Of a stretch of DNA of 64,000 nucleotides, positions 14,565 through 27,207 are shown piece after piece (the first letter of the stretch is position 1; each line of letters begins with the position of its first letter). The notes beneath the pieces are model-generated. The model made no database searches. It had not been told where the DNA came from and saw nothing but the letters and a program-made list of their open reading frames with translations. The position numbers and the translations under genes were made by a program. Location: assembly GCA_951406725.2 (NCBI GenBank), contig OX597823.1, positions 106,702,001 to 106,766,000 on the forward strand, given 5' to 3'. This DNA is from Octopus vulgaris (taxonomy: Eukaryota).

Positions 14565-14607
14565 AATATTTCATAAGATGAATTTCATCATCGAAACCGG
14601 TGATATT
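14565..14607 (+). ncRNA. Degenerate hammerhead relic
   Basis: aatat-[ttcataa]-gatga..tcatc-GAAA-ccggt-g-atatt: stems I and II and palindrome ACCGGT retained, CUGAnGA box destroyed. Confidence 0.4.
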
Positions 14608-14774
14608 TTCTATTTTCTATATACATAAAAGAAACGTTTTAATCATTTCATTAATTTCTTTCAAAATTTAATTATGTGCTGTTTCCACCACCATCTCTTA
14701 TATATAAAATTTGATTTGTATAGATATCTAATCGTTTTTTAACTATATTAGAGATCTGTAAATCCGCCCCCACC

Positions 14775-15115
14775 CCAAAAAAACGGAATAAGAACGTAAT
14801 GGACAACAATAAATATATAGGAGACAGACAGACGATACAAAGTCGGACAAGAAAAACCAGGGCGGAACATTCGTGGCTTTCTTTCATAAGTCAAACTTCC
14901 GATCATCATTACAGCTTTGGCCTGTTACAGCTGAGACTGTTCAAAATTGGTAGGCCCTAAAAATCTAAGCTAAGGGTATTAGATTTTTGGAAGAGAGCAA
15001 TCGAATATGGGCGACAACACAGACAAAAAACAAGAAACCGGAGAAAATGTTACACGATTACAAATACAAACAAGAACAGCAACAGGTGTCCTTCGATTAA
15101 TAAGGCCCAATAAAA
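14775..15115 (-). mobile_element. Non-coding PLE-type element homologous to 37053-37420, containing a decayed permuted hammerhead
   Basis: Collinear similarity (acattcg..., aaatctaagc..ag...attagat..ttggaaga.agc..tcgaat) with 37131-37275. Confidence 0.7.
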
Positions 15116-15123
15116 TTGATACA

Positions 15124-15157
<34 letters not shown>

Positions 15158-15203
15158 CATACATACATACATACATGCATACATACATACATACATACAT
15201 ACA

Positions 15204-15287
<84 letters not shown>

Positions 15288-15291
<4 letters not shown>

Positions 15292-15515
15292 TAAAACAAT
15301 AAGAGAGAATCCAATATGTGGACGTTCTAACGCTAGATATAGATCCGCAAAGGGAATCTATATCTAGCGTTAGAGCGTCCAGATAGTGGATTCTCTCTTA
15401 TTGTTTTGTATTAATAATATTTACTGTATCCCAGTCTTTTATACGCTAGGCCACTTGGTGTTTAAATTGATGTTATTAATTAATATTCAATTTTTTTACC
15501 CTTATGTTGACTTTA
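15288..15515. repeat. Palindromic element in (TA)n (arms 15288-15344 / 15356-15412)
   Basis: About 57-bp inverted arms with a short loop; right arm extends about 100 bp to the next (TA)n. Confidence 0.8.
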
Positions 15516-15527
15516 TATATATATATA

Positions 15528-17222
15528 GTTGAAGTTTACAAAAAAACAAAAGACCGAGACAGGGGTATAAACAACAAGCAGCTGTATTAGTTTGATGCTC
15601 GGGAAGGTGAGAAGGTCTTTTACGTTTCGAGCCTACGCTCTTGAACAGAAAGGAACATGAGGAAAAAAAGCAGAGAAAAAACTTTTGGAGTTAGCGGCCA
15701 ATCATGGCGACTGACTGGACAAAGGTAGTTACACAGGAGAGCTAGGAAGAAGGGGAGATAATAAAGTATTGGCTATCCCAAAACGAAAGTGCGCGTGCGT
15801 ATGTGTATGTGACGATGTGTAAATGTGTAAGTGTGGATATCTGCTGGTGACTTTGACGTGTGGATGTGTGCGTGTGTGCGTCTGTAATGCGTGGGTGTGT
15901 GGATGATGATGTGGTGTGATGTGATGTGGTGGTGTGTGGTGTGGGGATGTGAGTGTGGGGTGGGGTTTGGTGTGGTGTGGGGATCTGAGGGTGGGGCGTG
16001 GGGTTGTGAGGGTGGAGTGTGGAGATGTGAGGGTGGGGTGTGAGGATATGAGGGTGGGATGGGGATGTGAGGCTGGGGTATGGGTTTGGGGTGAGGAGGT
16101 GGGTTAATGGTGGGGTATGTAAGAGTAGGGTGTGGATGGAGTGGAGTATCGATGAAGGGAGAAGGTGGGTAATAGTGAAAAGAGGAAGTAGGTGTCGGGG
16201 CAAGAGAGGAGAGAAGTGAGTAGGAGAGAAGAGAGGAAGTAGGTGTCAGATGAAAAGAGGAGAGGAGGGAGTCAGATGAAAAAGGATGGTAGTTGAGACC
16301 ATATGGCGCGTAAGAGTGAAGAGGGAAGGTTAATTCCTGTTCATTAACCTGAAAGCGGGAGTCCGGATGGCCCCTGTGCAAAGACAATACGAACACAGAT
16401 AGGTGTAAAAATGAATGACTAGCAGAGCGGAAATGGCGCGAGACCGGGGCATCGTTGCCGAGTCTGATGTATCGGAGGTGCTCTGCGAACTGGTCAGCCA
16501 AGCGGTGTCCGGTTTGACCGATATACAGCAAAGGACAGAAAGAGCAGGAGATGCAGTAAATGACGTTGCTATAAGTGCAGGTAAAGGAGTCAGTGATATG
16601 ATAGAGACGATGATGGGTACCTGTGAGGATGGTGGTGTTGGAGAGGTATGGGCAAGTGCGGTAGCGTGGGCGGGAACAGGGGAACGATCCAGCTTGGGAG
16701 GTGGGATTAGTGAAGAAACTGTGAACCAGGAGGTCACATAGGTTATGGGTTCGTTTGAAGGAAGAAGGCGTAGGCTGGGGAAAATGTGCGAAGTCGAGGG
16801 GGTCGGACTGGTGTAGCTGGAAGGCTCGGAGAATGGTACGTTGGAGAGGCAGGGTGGAGGGCTCGTAGGTGAGTGGAAACGGGAGACTGGTAACGGCGGA
16901 GCGGATGTGGGAAGAGAGAGCAGAAGCACGTTTCACACAAGAGCTTTGGCAAGGGCGGCGTGGATAATGGTGAGGAGATGAAGTGGCAAGCCATGAGTTG
17001 AGACTGAGTCTCAAAGTCATGGTTGTCACGGCAGACCCAGCGCAGAAGGAGGAATTGGGAGTAGGGGATGGAGAGCTTGGTGTGGGTAGGTTGGGTAGAT
17101 GGGAAGTTGAGGTATGAGTGTGGGCCGGTGTGTTTGCAGTGGATGGAGATAGTGAGAGCGGAGTTGTGTATGTTAACCGAACTGTCGAGAAGGGTGACGG
17201 AAGTGTTGGAGGATATGTTCAA
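15528..17222 (-). mobile_element. Penelope-like retroelement (Neptune-like), 5'-truncated: RT thumb, Cys-rich linker and GIY-YIG endonuclease relic, pyrimidine-rich 3' region, terminal repeat
   Basis: HSYLNFPSTQPTHTKLSIPYSQFLLLRWVC (PLE RT C-terminus), FPCSRPRYRTCPY linker, SNVIYCISCSFCPLLYIGQTG..FAEH..VSRHF..PYGLN (GIY-YIG); frameshifted between ORFs 16743-17222 and 15773-17029; ends at (TA)n. Confidence 0.93.
15617..15652 (-). ncRNA. Minimal hammerhead motif with mutated core in the PLE terminal repeat
   Basis: cttt-CTGTTCA-a-gagc-gtag-gctc-GAAA-cgTA-aaag; core deviates from CUGAnGA. Confidence 0.65.
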
Positions 17223-17510
17223 TTTGGCTCACAGATTTTTTTAATTATCTTTTTTTAACTAAACAGTTTGAAAATTCCTGTACTGGTGTAATTTCTCACG
17301 CAGAACACGGTTTACTTTGAATATTTTTGACAAAATTTCGTATTTTAGAAGTTATTTCGTGTTAAAGTTGTATTTGGGTAATTTTAGCCAATCAACGACC
17401 TGTATTCAAAAGAAGAAAGCTACTGCTGTTTGCGATAGTAATCGAAGAGGAACGATTTCCGGGTTATCTCTACTAGATGTCACCACTCGCGGCCAGGATG
17501 GAAGGATTGG

Positions 17511-17569
<59 letters not shown>

Positions 17570-17622
17570 TCCAATATATATATATATATATAGATGGAAA
17601 GATAGATATAGAGTTTGCATGC

Positions 17623-17672
<50 letters not shown>

Positions 17673-17923
17673 TTACACACGCACATATATACATGTAAAC
17701 ACACAAGCATATAGTTAATGACTGCTCGATGAACAGTACCAAAATTTCAAGTTCAACGATTCAGCTATGAATAATTCAAAACGTTAATGCCACTCGTTAG
17801 TGTATTCATGAAATATAAAAACACTATTTTCAACATATTGAGTTCTATATTCTATGACTGGAAATCTTAGTCATTTTCTCATTAAGAGCCTTAAACACAC
17901 ACACACATGCACGCACACACACA

Positions 17924-17965
<42 letters not shown>

Positions 17966-18413
17966 GGATTACTTAGTATTTGCGTATGTATGAGTTAGTC
18001 AACCTGCACTAGATGAACTTCTGAAACAGTTTCGAAGGCGTCAACAGAAAACTGAAAATATTTATGGTTGTAGAACAAATTCTAAATTGACATTCCGGGT
18101 ATATATAGCCTGTGCAGGTGTCCTATTCACTGGCGGTATAATAGATACGGATACACATATAACACACACATACACACACATACGCATACAGGCACGTACT
18201 CACAAACGCGCAAAATTATGCATACACACACTCTCTCTCTTTCTCTCTCACTCTTTATATATATATATATATACATTTTTTATTTTTTATTTTATTTTAT
18301 CTAGTTTCAGATCACGAGCTGTGGCCAGGCTGGAGCACCGCCATTTGGTGTTGCTACATGATTTTACTTCACGAATGCTTTTTAGCAACTGCCATTTGGT
18401 GCATGAGAGAGTT

Positions 18414-18446
<33 letters not shown>

Positions 18447-18495
18447 AATACATACATGCATATATATATATATATATATACTCACTCAAATGTGT

Positions 18496-18579
<84 letters not shown>

Positions 18580-19009
18580 TTGCATGCGTATACACGCACA
18601 CAAATCAGAGGTAAATCGAAATACAAGTACATACACATATACATTGATAAAAGTTTCAGTTGTCAGTTCTCAGGAGAAAAAAAACTGTTCTTTTTGTTTT
18701 AAGAAACACATCATGTTTCAAAATTATTTGTGAAAATGTTTTGCTGCAAGGAAATAAATTTTACAATTGGATAAAAGTTCATGCATACACACACACGCAC
18801 GCACACGCATACACACACACACATACAGGCATACATACATAAATACACAAATGCATGCATGCACATGTACAAATACACATACACATGTACATATACACGC
18901 AAACACACACACACACATATAAGTGTGTGTGTGTTTGTGTATGTGTGTGTGTGTGTGCGTGTGTGTGTGTGTGTATAAGAAGGTAGATTGGAAAGTAGGT
19001 CGATAGAAG

Positions 19010-19135
19010 TGCGTGGTTGGATGGTTAGGGGTGTTGCACTTATGTTGTAAGATTGTGGTCTCGATTCCTGAACCGGGAGATACTTTATGTTTTTGAACAA
19101 AAGACTTGTTTCCCTGTTTCTCCAGGCCACTAAGG
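19010..19135 (+). mobile_element. Degenerate SINE family B head
   Basis: gcgtggttggatggttagg...tcgattcctgaaccggg...tgtttttgaacaaaagact. Confidence 0.5.
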
Positions 19136-19721
19136 TGTCAAAACTTAGCGGCGGACCGCCGACTCGTCTCATTGGGCCCTAATATATATGTCATAGAGTA
19201 CGGTAAGCAGACTTTATGGACATGTGGCTCCTGAAGGACACCTGGTTTTTAAAAATATATACAGGGCTGGGTCAAAAATAGGTATACCCTTTTTAAACTA
19301 CCTTTTTTTCTTTACAGATACCGTAAATAATGGCAACAAAGAAACTGTACTGCCAACAAGATGGTCACTTCCTCATTATGCTTTGGTAATAAGAGACTAC
19401 TTTAACAATACCTTCCAAAGCATTGGATTGGGCGACATAGCAGCATCGAATGGCCACCACATTCACCCAACTTAACACCAACGGACTTCTTTTTGGAGGA
19501 GTAGTAAAGAATAATGTTTATAAGCAAATGACTCACACGGAGGACAAATTAAAAGTGTTCCTCTCGGAAGGTTTTATTGAAATTTATGCAGATCGGCATT
19601 TGTATCGAGCTGTGTGTCACAGTGCTCCGGAAATGTCCGAGGAATGTTGCAATGTTGAAGGTGGACAATTCGAGCGTTTACGAGATTAAACTATATTTAA
19701 TAAATGTAATTGTATAATAAA

Positions 19722-20236
19722 CTAGCAGTATCGCCCGGCGTTGCTCGGGTTTGTAAGGGAAATAACTATATAAGCATTTTTAGAGAGTTACTTCCCTTAT
19801 AGATGCCAATTCGGGCTTTCTTAGCCATTTCTGTTTTGGTGTCTTCAAGCCATGAAGTCGTTGTTCTAAAAGAACGCTGGTCTCCTTGACAACGCTTTAC
19901 GACGTTGATTTCCTTAAACTCCCTTCCCCACAGCTTCACGAGGGAGGGAAGAAGGGGGAGAAGCAAACACAGGTGCAGGTGTGACCATGGACGCCAACTC
20001 CGCCGCCATCAACACACGAAAAATTATGCATTAAAATGGAATAAAAAATGATGTTAAATTATTTTTAAAATCGTAGACTCATCGTAGACGCGCGCTAATA
20101 CTCAGATGGGCTCGATATGAATCACGACTATAAGATACCCGAATTTGGTTAAACTGCACCGCAAAATGTGGGAGTAGTTAGGAATCTAAATCGAAGGGGA
20201 CAGACACTCACACAACTACAGTTTTATATATATAGA
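19722..20236 (-). mobile_element. Non-autonomous Helitron
   Basis: Minus strand starts A|TCtatatatataaaactg and ends cccgagcaacgccggg (hairpin) cgatactg CTAG|T; inserted between A and T with no TSD. Confidence 0.88.
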
Positions 20237-20276
20237 TAAGTGTAAATGTAATAAAATGAAAAAAGTTTGATGTGCA

Positions 20277-20690
20277 GGCGCAGGAGTGGCTGTGTTGTAA
20301 GTAGCTTGCTAACCAGCCACATGGTTCCGGGTTCAGTCCCACTGTGTGACATCTTGGGCAAGTGTATTCTGCTATAGCCCCGGGCCGACCAATGCCTTGT
20401 GAGTGGATTTGGTAGACGGAAACTGAAAGAAGCCTGTCGTATATATGTATATATATGTATATATGTGTATGTGTGTGTGTTTGTGTGTCTGTGTTTGTCC
20501 TCCTAGCATTGCTTGACAACCGATGCTGGTGTGTTTACGTCCCCGTCACTTAGCGATTTGGCAAAAGAGACCGATAGAATAAGTACTGGGCTTACAAAGA
20601 ATAAGTCCCGGGGTCGATTTGCTCGACTAAAAGCGGTGCTTCAGCATGGCCGCAGTCAAATGACTGAAACAAGTAAAAGAGTAAAAGAGT
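20277..20690 (+). mobile_element. tRNA-derived SINE family A, full length, with internal (TA)/(TG) microsatellite
   Basis: ggcgcaggagTGGCTGTGTTG A-box-like, GGTTCAGTCCC B-box-like, cttgggcaagtg central domain, 3' gtaaaaga repeats; at least 9 related copies in the window. Confidence 0.9.
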
Positions 20691-20719
20691 ATACCAATTT
20701 TTGGCCTACCCTCGATATT

Positions 20720-20932
20720 CTTTTACTAGTTTCAGTCATTTGATAGCAGCAATGTTTGGTGCACCGCTTTTTAGTCGAAGAAATAGACTCCAGTACTTAT
20801 TCTTTTTACGCCTTCTACTTATTCTATCGGTCTCTTTTGCCGAACCACTATTTTACGGGGACGTAAACACACCAACGTCGGTTGTCAAGTGATGGTGGGG
20901 GGGATAATCACAACACAAACACACAAACGCCC

Positions 20933-21004
<72 letters not shown>

Positions 21005-21124
21005 GAGACTGGCTACTTTTTCAGTTTCCGTTTACCAAATCTACTCACAAGACTTTGATCGGCCCGAGGCTATACAAGACATTTGCACAAGGAAACAAAC
21101 TTCTTATCAAACAGCAACCCTGCG

Positions 21125-21127
<3 letters not shown>
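20720..21127 (-). mobile_element. SINE family A
   Basis: Reverse complement of 20277-20690, tail-to-tail with it. Confidence 0.85.
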
Positions 21128-21201
<74 letters not shown>

Positions 21202-21359
21202 GGAGAGATAGAGACAGACAGACAACTAGGTAGATATCTGTATGTAAATGTGTAAATGTGAGTATGCAGAAACATTCTTCTACAATTCCACTTGTTTCTT
21301 TACTGCAGTCTGCCTACTACGTTGAATCTGGTGCTTTTTGGAAGTCAAATGTTTTCATT

Positions 21360-21575
21360 TTGTGTGTGTGTGTCCCTCCACCACTTCACAACCGGTTCTG
21401 GTGTATTTACGTCTCTGTAACTGAGATCTCTTAAAAGAAACCGATAGCGTAAGTACCAGGCTTAAATTAAGACTAACTACTGGAGTCGATCCATTCGATT
21501 CAAAAAATGCCCAAGGAGGTACTCCAGCATAGTCGCAATCTAATGACTGGAACAAGTAAAAGATAAAACAATAAA
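21360..21575 (+). mobile_element. SINE family A 3' half
   Basis: acaaccgg..ctggtgt.tttacgtc...accgatag..taagtacc...aatgactggaacaagtaaaag. Confidence 0.75.
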
Positions 21576-22309
21576 TCGAGAGTAGCATGTAAGACGGATT
21601 TGGGCGAGACTTAGACGAGACTTGAGCGGGATTTGATACAGAACTGAATGATTGCAAGATTTGTCGTTTTACACATACTCATTCATATAATATGTGTACA
21701 TCTATGTGTGTGAGTGTGTATATGTATATCTATATCGAAGGAAGCAGTTCTTCTAAGAAATATAGAATTCATATACCTAAAATATTGCCAGGGCAGACAA
21801 TTAACAGAACCGTTTAAGTGTTGGTTATAAGGTTTAAAGCATTTGATTCGGTTCTTTCTACTCTGAGTTCAAATCTCTTCTAGGTCTATTTTAACTTTTA
21901 GTATCTTTCCTAGGGTGATAAAAAATCAGTCACCCACCAGGATTTGTTCCTGTCTCTTATCTACACATCACGGTGAACAAGATTTGAAGGACCACTAACA
22001 GAATCGCTTTCTCCCATGGACAAGTATTTGCCCAAAATATAGATTGATTACGGCTGGAGCACCTTCAACTTTAGGTGTGTCCACTGAGGATTGACATGGA
22101 ACTATACAACAACAATAATGCAATCCACTTCTATTCTACTACAGAGGAAGTCTGTGGTCTCTTAGACTCTAGAATCAAGCATACCATCATAAATGGTGGC
22201 AATGGTGATGAGAATATCTTCACTTATCTTTTCACATTTTGGACTGGACCTATCGAAGTCCACAAACTTGAACATTTCAAATCGAACACATCGACTCATG
22301 TGCATATTT

Positions 22310-22640
22310 TTATGTCTGGTACTATTTTTACTGGTCTCTTGCTGAGCTACTACGTTACTGGAGCGTAAACAAACGAGCATCTGTTGTCAAGCGGTGAGAG
22401 GAGATAAACACCAACAAAAATACACAGACACACACACACACATATATATATATACAGAAATATATACATACGTGTATATATACATACTTATATATTTGTG
22501 CGTACGTATGTATATGTTTGTGTGTGTGTGAGTGTGCGTGCGTTTGTGCGTACTTGTGTGTGTATGTGTTTGTATATGTGTCAGGCTTCTACACAATTTC
22601 CAATTACCAAATTTCACTTACAAGGCACTGGTCGGCTTGT
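22310..22640 (-). mobile_element. Degenerate SINE family A
   Basis: ggtctcttgctga.c..cta.gttac...gttgtcaagcggtg...taccaaatttcactta caaggc. Confidence 0.65.
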
Positions 22641-23820
22641 GGCTATATTAATGCTTTCTTGCCCACTGCCATGTCTGCGCCTCAGCAATTTTCAGCAAAA
22701 TGCTTCACCTGGAATCTAACAAAGCTGTAATAGTCGACGATGTTTTCATTATTTTGTTATAACTAATGTACTATTGTCTACTTTTGTTGTTGTTTGGTTG
22801 TCTGGCAGAGACGATATAGAACCGAAACAAAATGATGTGATATTTAAAATACATTCTTTAACGTTAAGTGTTCAAAGTGTGTTTCAATCCGTATTACCTC
22901 CTGCCTTTCCTCGTTCATTAAAGCAGAGATTACTCAAATAGCATTACTGGAGACCATTGATTACATTCCGCTTCTAGAAAATTATCGACACATCCGAATA
23001 TGATAAAGTATTATTGTTAGTTTTGGCTGATGACGAGTGATGAAGGACAAAAACCCGGGGATTAGTTTTCGGTTTCCTCTCTTTGAGTCGACAACACGTT
23101 TTTCGTCTATAAGACTATAATTTGGCAACTATAGTTGGCCGTATTCTAACGAAAGAATCAGTACTAAGTAGGAGTTGGGGTTGGGGAAGGACTTCTACAA
23201 GGGACCCTGTTCTTCAGAGTTGGCCAGTCTACTGTCGTTCCACTCTAGAACTCCCGATAAAATCATCTCTTATAGTGTGTGAACCCTCGTCCCAGACCAG
23301 ACAGACAACAGGATAACTTCATGGCCATGATGACGGTGGTGGTGGTGGGAGGGGTTGTTGGTGGTGGTAAGGATGATAATGACGTGGAGGAAGAGGTAAA
23401 GCAGAAGGAGAGAAAAGAGAGGACAACGACGACGGTACTTGCAAAGATGATGTCCACATTAGCTACACATCAACTGTTACAGCAGCTTCTGCCACATACG
23501 GATTTGACGAAGACGACAACTACAACGACAACGACGACGATGTTGATGGTGATGATGATGATGATGGTGATGATGATGACGATGATGATGATGATTATCA
23601 TCATCATCATGGCAGTGGAGTGGTAGGTAAAAGTAGAAAAGCTATGAATATGTTTTATGTTAAAAAGAAGAAAAATATTTTTGTTATATAAGAAAGAGTC
23701 TGAGGGTGAAATAATGATATTGGTGGTGAAAAATACAGCTGAATAGCTTGTGGCCACTACAAATGGATAATGAACAGAGGAAAAAAAGAGAAAGCAATTT
23801 CTAGTAATAATGCGAGATGG

Positions 23821-23880
<60 letters not shown>

Positions 23881-24529
23881 CCATTTATATATACTCATGC
23901 ATAAAAGTACACGTATTGAAATATACACCTAATACATACCATAGACATGTGTTTGTGTTTGTGTGTTGCGGATGTGTGTGTGTGCGTTTGTTTAGTGTAG
24001 TGTAGTGTGCATGTGTGTGTGTGTGTGTGCGTGTGTGTATGTGTGTGTGTTTGTAGATAGTTCTGAAACTTATTCTTATAACTTTATACGCATGCTATCA
24101 ATAATGCGCTTACTATCACCATTTCATCTATAAGTAGGCTCTCTCACCCCCACACAAAAAACATGCATAGCCTCACATACGTCTGTGTGTGTATGTACAA
24201 ATGTGTATGTGTGCATATGTACATTACATAAACACATAATGACCATAACTCTTAACTATCATCAGAGTGCACAGATATACAATGGATGTAAATAAGTGCA
24301 GAAAATTTGTTTGGGAAAGTTCCATTTGTAATGTTTATTCGTTGTTATGCTGAAAAACCTTAGTGAAAGTAGCATTTGGGTTTTTAGACTTGATTATGTG
24401 CTAATCATGCCCAAAATATTCTGCGTTATTGTTACTGCCCATCAAATGCATTGCCCCTAAGACTGGTGGTATTTACTCTTGTATTAAATTGAGTATATAT
24501 ATCTGTGCATCTTTATATTTCCATCTCTT

Positions 24530-24895
<366 letters not shown>

Positions 24896-25017
24896 AAGTA
24901 TTTACATAAGTTATCAATATTGTTGTATTTCAAATTACCTTCTATATATCAGTTTCATGCTCATCTAGCCACCATTCTACCTGCGTTTCTATCTACATCT
25001 CAGTTTCTCTCTCTTTC

Positions 25018-25360
25018 TCTCTCTGAGTCTTTGAAACACTTCAGCCTTTCTATCTCGCTACTATCTCATATATAAACCCATTCATGTCTATGGACACCTG
25101 CCTGTCTGTTAGTTTCTCTGTCTGTGTATCTATTTATCTATCTATCAGTCTGCCTACTCAACTATCAGCTATCCATCTGTCTCTGTCTCTGTCTGCCTGT
25201 CTGCCACTCTCTCCCCACCCCTATCTCTCTCTCTGAGTTTTTGTAACACATCAGCCTATCTATCTCACTACTATCTCATATATAAACTTATTTATGTCTA
25301 TGGGCACCTATCTATCTATTAGCCTGCCTACTTAACTATCAGCTAGCCATCTCACCATGT
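25018..25360 (+). repeat. Local tandem duplication with a unit of about 210 bp
   Basis: tctctctgagt.ttt..aacac.tcagcct.tctatctc.ctactatctcatatataaac at about 25018 and about 25228. Confidence 0.85.
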
Positions 25361-25530
25361 CTGTCTGTCTGTCTGTCTATCTCTCTCTCTCTCTTTCTAC
25401 CTACCCACCCATCTATCAATCAACCTAAACTAAATTAAGCTAATTAACTAGTTAACTAACTAATAATTCTATCATTTTCTATGTCTTGCCTTTCTATGCA
25501 AAACTTTAGTTCTTGTGATAACATTTCAGT

Positions 25531-26151
25531 CAGCTCCGTCGCGTGATTTTTAGAGGCCCCCCCCCCCCCCCTGCAACTTTTTGTTTCGGTGCCCCATCCC
25601 TTCAATCAAAATCCATAATCTACGCACCTTCTACTCATAGCTACATTTTACTTTAGTCTGTCTGAAGTTCAAATAAGAACATCTTTAAAAGTACAAGTCA
25701 AATTTATTCTGTTGTGTCTGGAGAGAGTAATTTTCTTTTTGTGCCTATTTAAGCCTGTTAGAAATTTCAATAAGTAAAACTTCCAGATATAAATAAAAGG
25801 GCTCTTTTATAATCATGGCAACTTTGAAAGACAGACACGGCGCACTTTTCGTTGCGTGAAATCATCGATCAGTTCAGAATAATCAAGTTGAGAGCTAAGT
25901 TCGTGTTCAGTAGATATCATAAACAAGCCACAATGTCTGATACACGTTCGTGGTACAATGTAGTATTTTTACAAGAACTTTTGCAGGTACAATGCATCGC
26001 CATTTTATTTCTTGAAATTTTCAGTTAACATAGTTTAATTCTTGCTCAACATCTTAACCAAAGTAAATAGATGACTCATCTACATACTTTGAGCGTAACA
26101 TGGGGCCCCTCAACAGAGGAAATCCCATGCAGGGGCTTGGCAACGGCCCTG
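25531..26151 (-). mobile_element. Internally deleted hAT transposon
   Basis: Perfect 8-bp TSD ATTTCAGT (25523-25530 and 26152-26159); imperfect TIRs cagctccgtcgc / gcaacggccctg; subterminal GGGGCCCC motifs; minus-strand ISTEHELSSQLDYSELIDDFTQRKVRRV (25834-25917) resembles the end of the hAT dimerisation domain. Confidence 0.88.
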
Positions 26152-26917
26152 ATTTCAGTTATATTGTGCTGAAGACAAATAACTAATTTAGATACAGCAG
26201 CAATATTTCAATGAAAGAAAGGAACAAACACGAAATATTGTTTCCGTTCTTATTTTTGTAAACCACCCATTAACAGAATGTTGTTGTTGTTACTTATGTT
26301 GCTGCTGCCATTCTTCTTTTGTCCAAGATTTTCTAAGCGAGATCTCCGATCAAAGGTGTTCTTACAGTGACAGTCGTCTACACTTTTCTTTCCAGAGATA
26401 AAATTTGCTGGATCATTTAATGTCTAGTCTCTCCTTCCTTTAGCAAGACAGTAAGATAAATTTTTTTGTAAGATTTTGTCACTGTTTGTAACAAGGTCGA
26501 GTGACTTACTAAAGTATACGTTACGTCGCATTGTGCCGCAGCGTTTCCCATTGTGACAGTACCCTGCTGAAATTATCTTTTCTCCTGGATTGGTAGGCGG
26601 TCCATCACAGAATTAGCTCTAAGAGACAGTAAAGCTTTTAGAGAAACCTCACAAAATTTCGCTTCTACCATTGATTTAAACATATAAAAGACGATAAAAT
26701 CGATGCCAAAATACTTAACGGAGTGAATCGATAAATTTTAATTAATATTACACTTGTAGAGAGAAGAAGAAAGCACTTACTTAGTGATAATTTTTTAAAA
26801 AATTTACTTTTAGTTTGTCATGGAGGACAGGGGGAAGGCTGACGTTTTAATTAATATTAATTAAGAATAAAACATAGGTATTTTGGTGCGTCAGTTATTT
26901 TGGACACACGGAGACAA

Positions 26918-26958
26918 ATCTAGACATGTTTCAGTTTTATCATACTTCTTCAGAGCAG
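26918..26958 (-). ncRNA. Possible minimal hammerhead relic
   Basis: CTGAAGA-agt..act-GAAA-catgTC with palindrome ACATGT; stem I poorly paired. Confidence 0.45.
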
Positions 26959-26989
26959 AAGAGACAATTTCTTGCATCTCTATATAATA

Positions 26990-27207
26990 CTGGTCTAAAA
27001 TTTTGGCACAAAGCCAGCAGTTTTGTGAGAAGGGGATAAATCGATTAAATATACCCCAGTACTTAATTGGTGTCTATTTCATCGACCCCGAAAGGATGAA
27101 AGGCAAAGTCAACCATGGTGTAATTTGAACTCAGAACTTCAAGACAGGCGAAATGCAACCAACCATTTTGCCCTGCGTGCTGGTGTTTCTACCAATTCCC
27201 AACCTTA
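26990..27207 (-). mobile_element. SINE family C, near full length
   Basis: atcgaccccgaaaggatgaaaggcaaagtcaac...aatttgaactcagaac; reverse complement of 62111-62300. Confidence 0.85.

Larger units (their letters stand above)
19262..20714 (+). mobile_element. Internally deleted Tc1/mariner element (DD41D/rosa-like) split by a Helitron and a SINE
   Basis: Left TIR TA|cagggctgggtcaaaaataggtatac; right TIR gtataccaatttttggcctaccctcg at 20689-20714; peptide relic QQDG..PHYALVIRDYFN..WIGR..EWPPHSPNLTPTDFF..VKNNVY..GGQFE. Confidence 0.85.

Noticed and set aside
15773-16290. Pro/His-rich C-terminal extension of the 418-aa ORF
   Set aside because: Read-through into the low-complexity C-rich 3' region after the GIY-YIG terminal GLN motif; not a real domain.
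23025-23105. CTGATGA followed by a loose long hairpin
   Set aside because: The GAAA box and stems I and III cannot be reconstructed.
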